64,000 nucleotides of DNA, from IMG/VR virus record IMGVR_UViG_3300046533_001163; one strand, 5' to 3'. The translations under genes and the position numbers were made by a program. This document shows positions 9,157 through 16,893 of this stretch, piece after piece (the first letter of the stretch is position 1; the number at the start of each line of letters is the position of its first letter). The notes below the pieces were generated by a model. That model was not told where the DNA came from. It saw only the letters and a list, made by a program, of their open reading frames with translations, and did no database searches. This DNA comes from a virus (taxonomy: Duplodnaviria > Heunggongvirae > Uroviricota > Caudoviricetes).

Positions 9157-9882
9157 CTAAGGTTTAACGAGTAATTCAGCAATCTGTGATGCAGTTTTGC
9201 TTTGAAAAGCGTAATACCAGTTTCTTCGGTTCATCCAGTCATGATGCGCAGTATACACAGTATATCCAGCCAAAAATCTATCAACAGCTAATATTGTATC
9301 TCTGGCATACGTGTAGGTTTCGAGTGCTTCGTGGTAATGATGGAAATCTTTATGAATCACTCCGCAGCGTAAAAACATCGTAAGAGCAGACATACGCATA
9401 CTGTACTGCGTCCAAAAATCTGATGGTTCAATCCAAATACAATTAGGCTTATCAACGCCGTCCAATGAAGTCTTCTTGAACGTACTTAAATTCGTAAGAT
9501 TTAAAACTTCTTCAATCATTCTAATATAGTGAGCTATCTTTTCCCCGAAACCACCCGTTTCACGGTAAACACTAAAATAAAATCCTTTTGTAAATAGTGC
9601 TCCACAATTCTGCATACTATTTTTGCCAGTTTGCATAGATGTTTCAAATAACTCCCTACATTTCTCCCAAGAAGTAGTCTCAGGCTCGGCAACTGAGCGG
9701 AGGCCGAAGCAACCATCACTTGTTGACATTAGGCCGTAGACTGACGGAGCAATCTGTTTAACTTCATCAGGAAAAATGGATAACTTATTTTCAGCCATCT
9801 GCCAAATTTCTTCGTTGCTTTTATGCTGATTTCCGTTTTCGTAAATTTTGTGTGCCGTAAATGCAATACACTGCTCTCTCAT
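9157..9882 (-). CDS. hypothetical protein
   Basis: 241 aa. AAGGAG sits 5 nt upstream of the ATG. Confidence 0.4.
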   Translation of the reverse strand: MREQCIAFTAHKIYENGNQHKSNEEIWQMAENKLSIFPDEVKQIAPSVYGLMSTSDGCFGLRSVAEPETTSWEKCRELFETSMQTGKNSMQNCGALFTKGFYFSVYRETGGFGEKIAHYIRMIEEVLNLTNLSTFKKTSLDGVDKPNCIWIEPSDFWTQYSMRMSALTMFLRCGVIHKDFHHYHEALETYTYARDTILAVDRFLAGYTVYTAHHDWMNRRNWYYAFQSKTASQIAELLVKP

Positions 9883-9891
9883 AATGGCTCC

Positions 9892-9919
9892 TTGACTTTA
9901 AAAAATTTTACTGTAAAAT
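9892..9919 (+). promoter_or_regulatory. near-consensus sigma-70-type promoter (TTGACT-16 nt-TAAAAT), 6 nt from the ATG of the histidine phosphatase gene. It contains the palindrome ATTTTACtgTAAAAT.
   Basis: TTGACT at 9892-9897. A 16-nt spacer. TAAAAT at 9914-9919. Then gtcgga and the ATG at 9926. A 15-nt inverted repeat spans 9904-9918 between divergent genes. Confidence 0.4.
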
Positions 9920-9925
9920 GTCGGA

Positions 9926-10522
9926 ATGCTCTACATCATCAGACACGGTAGTACAAATTTAAATGAAATGAATCCACCCGTCCTTCAGGGCCGCAGCGTG
10001 GATTCACCTTTAAGCACGCTTGGAATACAGCAGGCCGAAAAGACGGCGGCGTATTTTGTTGAAAAAGGGATAACTAAAATTTATTCGTCGCCTCTTAGGC
10101 GTGCCATTGAGACAGCGACCATCATAGCAAAACCGCTGAACCTGTCAATAGAAATCGCAGATGACCTCATAGAAGCGGATTTGTCGGTTTGGGAAAACAT
10201 GACAATCGAACAGGTAAAACAAAAATACGCTACAGATTTTGCTTGGTTTTCATACGATACCGGATGGCGAAAACCGGGCCGTACCGGAGAGTCATACAAT
10301 CAAGTGCTGGAGCGAATTACTCCATTCTTAGAAACAATCAATGCCAATGGCGAAACAAATCTGGTTGTATCTCATAGCGTAGTGGTCAAAGCATACATGG
10401 CAAAATTACTTCAAATTCCCCTTTGGCATGCCCGCGAATTGCCAATGTCTAACTGTAGCATAAATTTTTACTGGAAAGATAAGAATCTTATTACGCTGAA
10501 TTCCGTCCAGCACCTTATCTAA
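9926..10522 (+). CDS. histidine phosphatase family protein (phosphoglycerate mutase-like)
   Basis: N-terminal catalytic RHG motif (LYIIRHGST). Conserved SSPLRRAIETA and a later SHS motif. Confidence 0.75.
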   Translation: MLYIIRHGSTNLNEMNPPVLQGRSVDSPLSTLGIQQAEKTAAYFVEKGITKIYSSPLRRAIETATIIAKPLNLSIEIADDLIEADLSVWENMTIEQVKQKYATDFAWFSYDTGWRKPGRTGESYNQVLERITPFLETINANGETNLVVSHSVVVKAYMAKLLQIPLWHARELPMSNCSINFYWKDKNLITLNSVQHLI

Positions 10523-10715
10523 TTTTCGCCAGAAACTTAGCCCAACGATTATGACTGCATACACAATCGGCATCGTTAGAATGCCCACAATCTTGACAAG
10601 TGCAACAGGTGCCGTGATTGGGGCGCATGGTGGGAATTAGCTCAACAGTGTGATTTTTTAATTGATCACAATCTCTGAGCATTGCCACTAGTTCATCAAA
10701 AAGTTCTTGGTTCAT
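10515..10715 (-). CDS. small Cys/His-rich protein
   Basis: 66 aa: CCTCQDCGHSNDADCVCSH. Confidence 0.3.
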   Translation of the reverse strand: MNQELFDELVAMLRDCDQLKNHTVELIPTMRPNHGTCCTCQDCGHSNDADCVCSHNRWAKFLAKIR

Positions 10716-11172
10716 TGTTGTCCCCTAAGGGTAAATAATTTACTGGCTGGCCATTCTTATCTATATTGCAGCGGCGAAAGCCAGAGATGTCTAGCTTGCC
10801 GAAATGGTGCTCCCTATGGCAATTATGGCATAGCACGATGCATTTATTTATTTCGGCAATGACATCATCTAACGGATTTCTGTTACCACCGCCAATAGTA
10901 AACTGTTTCTCTGCTGGATTTATATGATGAAAAGCTAATTGATACGTATGCAACTCATCACTCCATGCACACGATGGATTGACGCAGCCATAATGCAATC
11001 TAATTGCGTTGATAGTTGCCCCTTGCTTGGCTCTAAAATTTACTTGATACTCTCTCGCCTTAACCAATAGCATAGGATCAGCTAATTTTCGTTCCCTCCG
11101 ATATTTCTTGAAATAATCAGGGTCTTCCTCCAGCTTCACCTTATTCCAATTCTTCCAATTTGTTTTTGCCAT
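10696..11172 (-). CDS. HNH endonuclease
   Basis: CIVLCHNCHREHH HNH motif. Upstream HYGCVNPSC...HHINP zinc-binding region. Confidence 0.65.
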   Translation of the reverse strand: MAKTNWKNWNKVKLEEDPDYFKKYRRERKLADPMLLVKAREYQVNFRAKQGATINAIRLHYGCVNPSCAWSDELHTYQLAFHHINPAEKQFTIGGGNRNPLDDVIAEINKCIVLCHNCHREHHFGKLDISGFRRCNIDKNGQPVNYLPLGDNNEPRTF

Positions 11173-11187
11173 ACATAATATATCGTC

Positions 11188-12171
11188 TTATTTCTTGACT
11201 TGCATTAATACATAGCCAACTAATAATAAACAAGAAGCACCATAAAACCAATGATCTAATGATACCACTTCATTGTAAGGCTTCGTTAGATCTAATTCTA
11301 AAAATTGATTTGCTATGTTAGTTATCTGACGAGACATGTCCCCCGACGATGAATATCGCACATAAGATCCATTTCCTATTGCGGCGATAAATTTGAGTAC
11401 GCTCTCATCTAGGCTAGAGCGAAGCATGTTTCCTTTGCCATCAACGTAGTAGCCCTCAAAAACATTATCTATACGCTTTGTAAGCTTGCAATTATCTGAC
11501 CCTAGTCCGATGCTGCTGAACACAAAACCAAACTTCTTCAATTCACTAATATGTCTTTTAATTTCATCTCGGTCAATAGTCAATCCTTCCTCAAGGCCAC
11601 CATCAGACAATACAACAACAATGTTCTTACCGCTAGTGATTTTACGATTATTAGCAATTTGATGTAATGCAGAGAACGCACTCTCAACCGAAGTTCCTGG
11701 GATATCTACTACCTTATAATCCACTTCACGAAGAAGAGTTAAAAAAGTACTTTTTTTAGTTGTTAAAGGGCAGTATCCAATGTTTGCCGCGCCCGAGAAT
11801 GGAATCAAACTTGTGGCAGCAACACCGGGTAATTCGATATAAGATTTTTCTATTTCCTGCTTTGCGGCAACCAATCGGTTAGGCCGAATATCCTCACACA
11901 TCTGCATACTTTTGCTAACGTCCAAGAGGAAGAAAAATCGGATATCCTTATAGGCATACTTGACGACTTCCCTATAAGGCCCAGCTAGGCCAATGATAGC
12001 GCTGCCGATTGCAGCTACCAAAAGTATAACGGCAGTCATTCTGTTTTTAAAACTAGGCGTATTGCCCAGCAGACTAATCTCGCCGAATCTACGGATTCGC
12101 TTTGCGGCGATGAAGATTACTGGGATTAGCACGAAGAGGAAGTACAGGTAATTAGGTGATAGAAGGTGCAT
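11188..12171 (-). CDS. BatA-like membrane vWA-domain protein
   Basis: N-terminal transmembrane helix. LLDVSKSM DxSxS MIDAS motif. VVVLSDGG. C-terminal transmembrane helix. This is the architecture of aerotolerance BatA proteins. Confidence 0.6.
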   Translation of the reverse strand: MHLLSPNYLYFLFVLIPVIFIAAKRIRRFGEISLLGNTPSFKNRMTAVILLVAAIGSAIIGLAGPYREVVKYAYKDIRFFFLLDVSKSMQMCEDIRPNRLVAAKQEIEKSYIELPGVAATSLIPFSGAANIGYCPLTTKKSTFLTLLREVDYKVVDIPGTSVESAFSALHQIANNRKITSGKNIVVVLSDGGLEEGLTIDRDEIKRHISELKKFGFVFSSIGLGSDNCKLTKRIDNVFEGYYVDGKGNMLRSSLDESVLKFIAAIGNGSYVRYSSSGDMSRQITNIANQFLELDLTKPYNEVVSLDHWFYGASCLLLVGYVLMQVKK

Positions 12172-12177
12172 AGATAA

Positions 12178-12516
12178 TTAAGAATCTTTATACTTAACAT
12201 TAATTTTTACATCAACACGATAATTACAAGGTATTTTATTTTTATTAGCATTATATCCAGTATATCCCTTACAATTAATGGGGGTACCATCATATTCGGT
12301 TAATTTTTTGGCTACCGCAGTCTTAATCGCACTAAGAACATCTATGCTGTATCCGCCTTGCTTACAACCGTGCTTATTGCTGCAACAAGCAGTATCTTCT
12401 CGATATCCACAGTGGATATCCCGTATTAAAAATGACGAATAAAAATCACTCTCTTTAACAGTATACGTTATATCCGATGCTTCGGGAAACATTTCTAACA
12501 ATTCAAATTTATTCAT
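12178..12516 (-). CDS. hypothetical Cys-rich protein
   Basis: 112 aa. Confidence 0.3.
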   Translation of the reverse strand: MNKFELLEMFPEASDITYTVKESDFYSSFLIRDIHCGYREDTACCSNKHGCKQGGYSIDVLSAIKTAVAKKLTEYDGTPINCKGYTGYNANKNKIPCNYRVDVKINVKYKDS

Positions 12517-12677
12517 AACCTATTATAGTTCCCCAACCTTCTTCTTAATCAGCTTCTACCCTAATTGCTGCCGGGACTGGATGCGCTTCAATGTAATAGA
12601 AGCCAGCAAATGCTATCGACAGCCAAATTATAGCGACAATTAGTGGTCCAGTATCTAAATCCGTCCAAAAAGTTTTT

Positions 12678-13139
12678 TTACCCATTTATCTCATCCACCT
12701 TCATTTCAACTAAGTCCACAATTTCTTTGTTAGCCGCATCCGTCATCTTCTGCACTTCTTTGTCGTCCAACTCTTTGCGGGCCTTATGCCTAATATTTCT
12801 AATTGATATTTTCGCTTGCTCTCCTAATGCCCTCACGAATTTAATAATCTTTTCTTTCTCCTCTCCACACCTTTTTGGCACGCTTACAACCACACTGTTC
12901 TTTGAAAAGACATAAGAACTAAATCCAGATTTCTGAAGTGCCGTATTTATAGTTCCTAGTAAAGCAGGGTCATAAGGCGTGATTTGTATTCTTTTCCCGT
13001 CACTGTACACCATCGCAATGTGCTTCAATTCGGAAGTGCTTCCGTAACACTCTATCTTGACCGAATCCAGCATACCCGGAGAAACAGAGTCTCTAACCCC
13101 CTGTAGTTGCTCTACCAAATGATCTACCGCTTTGCTCAT
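12678..13139 (-). CDS. frr: ribosome recycling factor
   Basis: Aligns along its length with bacterial RRF: VRDSVSPGMLDSVKIECYG, ITPYDPALLGTI and the C-terminal IRNIRHKARKEL...VQKMTDAANKEI helix. It is shorter at the N-terminus than E. coli RRF. Confidence 0.8.
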   Translation of the reverse strand: MSKAVDHLVEQLQGVRDSVSPGMLDSVKIECYGSTSELKHIAMVYSDGKRIQITPYDPALLGTINTALQKSGFSSYVFSKNSVVVSVPKRCGEEKEKIIKFVRALGEQAKISIRNIRHKARKELDDKEVQKMTDAANKEIVDLVEMKVDEING

Positions 13140-13152
13140 TTGAGCCTTAAAA

Positions 13153-13317
13153 TCAGCACAAGCGATTTTTGTTTTTCTTCATGATTATTTCCTTTGCTTT
13201 TTCTGGGTCCATCTTAAAAATCTCAACATAGATATCGTAATCACTCATAAGTTGCATGCTCTTAAAAACAGGCGTTTTATTAGACCCTATGACATCTACT
13301 TTTACTTCTGCTTTCAT
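13153..13317 (-). CDS. small MKAEVK-leader protein (family member 1, 54 aa)
   Basis: Hand-translated: MKAEVKVDVIGSNKTPVFKS.... It starts with the same atgaaagcagaagtaaaa as the downstream paralogs. Confidence 0.35.
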   Translation of the reverse strand: MKAEVKVDVIGSNKTPVFKSMQLMSDYDIYVEIFKMDPEKAKEIIMKKNKNRLC

Positions 13318-13320
13318 GAT

Positions 13321-14310
13321 TTACTTCTTTTCGCTAACAGTCATAGCCAGATATTTTTTACCACCAAGTATCTTTGTAGAGAATCCTTGGAAAACAACAT
13401 TTTTACTAAAATCAATCCTTGTTCCACGCGACGACCGCCAGGTCGGATATTTAATTACGCTAGCGTTAATATACTCAACCGCCTTCTTAGAAATATCTTC
13501 TAACCAGATCAATTCCTTGTCTAAACTATATTCACTATCATTAGCGCTAAACGGCTTCGGACTTACATATGGAATCAACAATACAGAAGTCATGCCATCA
13601 AAATTAGATAACGAATTTGGATTTCTGTTATCAAACTTATGCTCAACATATGGAATAATTCTTCTTACTAATGAAATAGATACTCTATAAAAGTCAGTCT
13701 CTTGATGAGAGTCAAATACACGAAAAGCAGAACTAAATGTTTCTTGTGCTTCTAGACAATTAGCGATACGATAAGCCGTTTCGCCTTCTAGACCTTTAAG
13801 CATTCCTCTATCATTCCACTTTTTGTAAATATTAGCAGACGCTCCGGCCTTCTCCCAGATATCCCTATTGTCGGTCGCCACATCTTCCAATTCTAGTCCG
13901 GCACCTACGCGATGCGCATGTATAGCGTCCAATATACTATTAATAGTCTGATGTTTTTTATACGATAAAACCAACTGATCGCCTGGATCGCCGTTGATGA
14001 ATAACTGAACAAAGTGTCCTTGGCGACAATACTCGTCAAATACATCATTATCAAACATTTTAATAGATGCAATGTATTCATCTTTAAAGAAAACGGCAAA
14101 GCTGTCCGCTTCAGGAAGAGCCTTCATCTTATACCCATACTTGCAACATCTCAAATCGCTGTCGGATAATTCCCAACGATCACCGTATCCGGTCTTAAAT
14201 TCAACTTTACTCAAATCAACCGCTTCTTGCTTCTGCACACTGGCGCTTAAATTCTGGATACCAACTAATGGTAGTAACGCACCCGCACTCAAAAATTCTC
14301 TTCTTAACAT
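13321..14310 (-). CDS. secreted protein with a twin-arginine (Tat) type signal peptide
   Basis: MLRREFLSAGALLPLVGIQNLSA (RRxFL). An internal segment is paralogous to the ORF at 14375..14647. Confidence 0.5.
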   Translation of the reverse strand: MLRREFLSAGALLPLVGIQNLSASVQKQEAVDLSKVEFKTGYGDRWELSDSDLRCCKYGYKMKALPEADSFAVFFKDEYIASIKMFDNDVFDEYCRQGHFVQLFINGDPGDQLVLSYKKHQTINSILDAIHAHRVGAGLELEDVATDNRDIWEKAGASANIYKKWNDRGMLKGLEGETAYRIANCLEAQETFSSAFRVFDSHQETDFYRVSISLVRRIIPYVEHKFDNRNPNSLSNFDGMTSVLLIPYVSPKPFSANDSEYSLDKELIWLEDISKKAVEYINASVIKYPTWRSSRGTRIDFSKNVVFQGFSTKILGGKKYLAMTVSEKK

Positions 14311-14374
14311 GATCTTGTCCTTTTTGAAAATTATTACTCTATTTTATCATTAAAAATTACTTTGTCAACGTCAA

Positions 14375-14647
14375 TTATTCTAGCCCCAAATTCACACGAG
14401 AATCATGGATAAATTTTAGTGTACTCTGGACTGACGGATACTCATCTGCCTTAAGATTAACATATGCAAAAGTATCAGAGTCTTTAAAAATAACAGAATG
14501 AGCATCAGGCTCCTCGTACATCTTAACTTCTGCTATCTGTTGGTCTTGCAAGTATATCGGAAAAACCTTGCGTTCTTCCGACCACATAATATCGTAACCA
14601 TAATCAGAGCTAGTAAGCTTACATAATTCATCTTTCATATCTTTCAT
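14375..14647 (-). CDS. hypothetical protein, paralogous to a domain of the 13321..14310 protein
   Basis: VIFKDSDTFAYV...STLKFIHDSRVNLGLE matches AVFFKDEYIASI...SILDAIHAHRVGAGLELE. Confidence 0.4.
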   Translation of the reverse strand: MKDMKDELCKLTSSDYGYDIMWSEERKVFPIYLQDQQIAEVKMYEEPDAHSVIFKDSDTFAYVNLKADEYPSVQSTLKFIHDSRVNLGLE

Positions 14648-14666
14648 AATTCTTCCTTTTTAAAAA

Positions 14667-14921
14667 TTAATTTTCTTCGTAATTTAAATTCCATAAATTC
14701 GCATCACACCCATTTTGGGTAGTTATAAACCAATAGCCAACATAATATGAACTTTCCCCAAAAGATAAAAATTTAATCCCATGATGTTTAGCATATGATT
14801 TAAACTTCATCACCAAATGCTTCGGCACAGCCCATCCCAGGCTATGTGAATTACCAGAATAAACACTGAATATTGTAGATGTACTTTCATACGCAGTAGT
14901 TATCTTAACTTCAGCTTTCAT
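14667..14921 (-). CDS. MKAEVK-leader small protein (family member 2)
   Basis: Starts MKAEVKI. ATGA overlap with the upstream gene. Shares the central HLVMKFKSYAKHHGIKF and C-terminal LWNL motifs with the other members. Confidence 0.5.
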   Translation of the reverse strand: MKAEVKITTAYESTSTIFSVYSGNSHSLGWAVPKHLVMKFKSYAKHHGIKFLSFGESSYYVGYWFITTQNGCDANLWNLNYEEN

Positions 14922-15139
14922 GTTTTAAACTCCTCGTAAAACCGGTACAGATAACTTCGATTAACTTCAAATCCACTATACTTGGCGACACAAGGTATTT
15001 TATACTTTTTAATAAACTGCGCAAGATGTACGCGATCAGCAAAACTTGCGCCTTTAATAAACCTAATAGCATTATTAATATAGGTAATTGTTATTACCGG
15101 CTTTTTATGGTCAACTACTATCTTTACTTCTGCTTTCAT
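14918..15139 (-). CDS. MKAEVK-leader small protein (family member 3)
   Basis: Starts MKAEVKIVV. Conserved VHLAQFIKKYKIPC block. Confidence 0.5.
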   Translation of the reverse strand: MKAEVKIVVDHKKPVITITYINNAIRFIKGASFADRVHLAQFIKKYKIPCVAKYSGFEVNRSYLYRFYEEFKT

Positions 15140-15140
15140 A

Positions 15141-15377
15141 TTAAACTGCCCAATTCTCTACATCATACATCTTATTCATTCTGAAAACATAATTGACGCC
15201 ATCAGATGCACAGGCTAAATAATAAATTTTTGATCCCATTAATCTTTTCGTAAAAACGTCAACAACATCTGGTGGAACATATACCATTTGAGCACCGGAA
15301 ATCTCAGAAGGACCAGATTTTACCCCTCTATGACCAAAAGTGGTTTTTAGCAATTCTATCTTTACTTCTGCTTTCAT
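15141..15377 (-). CDS. MKAEVK-leader small protein (family member 4)
   Basis: Starts MKAEVKIELL. YVPPDVVDVFT...VENWAV is clearly homologous to member 6. Confidence 0.5.
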   Translation of the reverse strand: MKAEVKIELLKTTFGHRGVKSGPSEISGAQMVYVPPDVVDVFTKRLMGSKIYYLACASDGVNYVFRMNKMYDVENWAV

Positions 15378-15589
15378 TCTTGAATATTCCACTTAGTAGG
15401 ATCTACAGAGCCTGGCACCTTATAGCTATAATAACTGTACATGTGACCAGTTTGATTTTTAAAACACGGCACACCTTTACTTTCCGCTATTTCCAGGAAC
15501 TTATCAAGAACAGTCTTCTTAACCAAAATATCTTTCCATAGAGATAATTGATTGAAATTAAAAATACTTACACTAACTTCTGCTTTCAT
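15374..15589 (-). CDS. MKAEVK-leader small protein (family member 5)
   Basis: Starts MKAEVSVS. VLDKFLEIAESKGVPCF...TKWNIQE. Confidence 0.5.
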   Translation of the reverse strand: MKAEVSVSIFNFNQLSLWKDILVKKTVLDKFLEIAESKGVPCFKNQTGHMYSYYSYKVPGSVDPTKWNIQE

Positions 15590-15765
15590 CCTGAACCGCC
15601 CAATTCTCTCCATCGCTCAAATAATTTATGCCTAGTTTCCTTACTGATAGCAATCATAAATGCCGGACTTAGCAATTTCCGTCGCAACTCTTCTTTTTCA
15701 TTCTTAATTCTTGCAATTCTCTTGCGCTGAAGTCTCAGTGATTCAGATATAATGTGATAAATCAT
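15586..15765 (-). CDS. small basic protein (59 aa), not a family member
   Basis: MIYHIISESLRLQRKRIARIKNEKEELRRK.... ATGA-coupled at both ends. I preferred this start to the longer MECARM start in the ORF track, which would overlap family member 6. Confidence 0.3.
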   Translation of the reverse strand: MIYHIISESLRLQRKRIARIKNEKEELRRKLLSPAFMIAISKETRHKLFERWRELGGSG

Positions 15766-16004
15766 TCTCGCACATTCCATAATCTAACATTATGAAAAGC
15801 GGGGATGCGAAATACAGTACAGGACATTAATGGCGTTCCTTTCTGTATGAAGTATTTTACTCCACGATCTTTAGCACATGATGTAAAAAGATCAACTAAA
15901 TCTGGCGGAACATAAACATACTGTATTGTATCCCACTTACCGACATCAATATTTTTAAACGGTTGCCTGAAATCTAACAAACTTATCCTTACTTCAGCTT
16001 TCAT
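15762..16004 (-). CDS. MKAEVK-leader small protein (family member 6)
   Basis: Starts MKAEVRISLL. YVPPDLVDLFT...RLWNVRE. Confidence 0.5.
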   Translation of the reverse strand: MKAEVRISLLDFRQPFKNIDVGKWDTIQYVYVPPDLVDLFTSCAKDRGVKYFIQKGTPLMSCTVFRIPAFHNVRLWNVRE

Positions 16005-16129
16005 TTTTTATTCTTATAAGTTTTTAAATTCTGCCGAACACGTTCCGCTTTTTCACGATTACCATTACGATCTAAAACCTTCTTCAGTTGTTTCCTAACT
16101 GCATCCGATGCAATGTGGGGGCCAGTCAT
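16001..16129 (-). CDS. small basic protein (42 aa)
   Basis: Hand-translated: MTGPHIASDAVRKQLKKVLDRNGNREKAERVRQNLKTYKNKK. TAATG overlap upstream and ATGA overlap downstream. Confidence 0.25.
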   Translation of the reverse strand: MTGPHIASDAVRKQLKKVLDRNGNREKAERVRQNLKTYKNKK

Positions 16130-16884
16130 TAAAACTGTCCTTTATTCGGACTGGCTCCTACTAGCGGGCTAGTAAGCTGTTGGACTCTTTCTTCACGAGG
16201 CTTCTTTGCCTGCGCCATCATTTTTTCTTTTTGCTGAAGAAGAAGTTCAATATTAATCTGACTGTTCAAATCCTTATCCTTATACTTCAAAGAATTCTTA
16301 AATGCGTTCAGTGAATTAAGAAAAGTTTCTTCCGCATTATCGGGAGTAGACAATAGCTGCAAATGACGGAAGTAAATGCATCCTTTTGTGTACCACAACA
16401 TATAGTTGTATTCACTAGAGCCATTATAAGAAATAGTTTCAACGTAAACCTTTGCCTCATTATAATCCGATATAATACTACGGGAAAGAGTTGATATGAG
16501 CGAATGCTGCTCAGGAGTCAAATAAAAATTAGCTTCTGGTTTAGACGTATCTCTGTTATCATAAAAAACCTTATGCAGGTTTTTAGCCTTAACGAAATCT
16601 CGCTCTGCTCTACGAAGCAATGACAGCGCCATCTTAAGCTTCAGAACAGACTCAATTTCGTTTTTGTTATCAACTTCTAGTAAGGATATTTTATACTCAA
16701 TATTTTTAATGTCATCTGGCTGCGCGGGAGCTGAATTAGCATCATCCATCGCTCGCTGTACAGAAGATATGTTATTGTGCTCTGTATCAGAGCGATTCTT
16801 ATATGCAGAATATACCACATATATTACCACAATAATAAACGCATTAATACTAAGCCAAACCAACCCATTCCACAACTTACTCAT
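16129..16884 (-). CDS. membrane-anchored protein, possibly a BatC-like helical-repeat protein
   Basis: N-terminal transmembrane helix LVWLSINAFIIVVIYVVY followed by a helical/coiled region. It sits immediately downstream of the BatA-like gene. Confidence 0.35.
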   Translation of the reverse strand: MSKLWNGLVWLSINAFIIVVIYVVYSAYKNRSDTEHNNISSVQRAMDDANSAPAQPDDIKNIEYKISLLEVDNKNEIESVLKLKMALSLLRRAERDFVKAKNLHKVFYDNRDTSKPEANFYLTPEQHSLISTLSRSIISDYNEAKVYVETISYNGSSEYNYMLWYTKGCIYFRHLQLLSTPDNAEETFLNSLNAFKNSLKYKDKDLNSQINIELLLQQKEKMMAQAKKPREERVQQLTSPLVGASPNKGQF

Positions 16885-16893
16885 AAGATACTC

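Noticed and set aside
10066-10080. Fifth copy of the TAGTTATCC motif.
   Set aside because: It has one mismatch and lies antisense inside the histidine phosphatase coding region with no gene downstream on that strand. It is probably coincidental and was not annotated as a regulatory site.
15586-15780. ORF-track start MECARM for the 64-aa ORF.
   Set aside because: That start would overlap family member 6 by 19 nt. The internal ATG at 15765 overlaps the upstream stop as ATGA, like every other junction in the array, so the shorter protein is preferred.
13290-16010. Six copies of cttc(t/a)gctttcat. I checked whether they could be CRISPR-like or other non-coding direct repeats.
   Set aside because: Each copy is the reverse complement of a gene start (atgaaagcagaag). 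Spacing is irregular and equals the gene lengths. They are paralogous gene 5' ends, not a CRISPR array.
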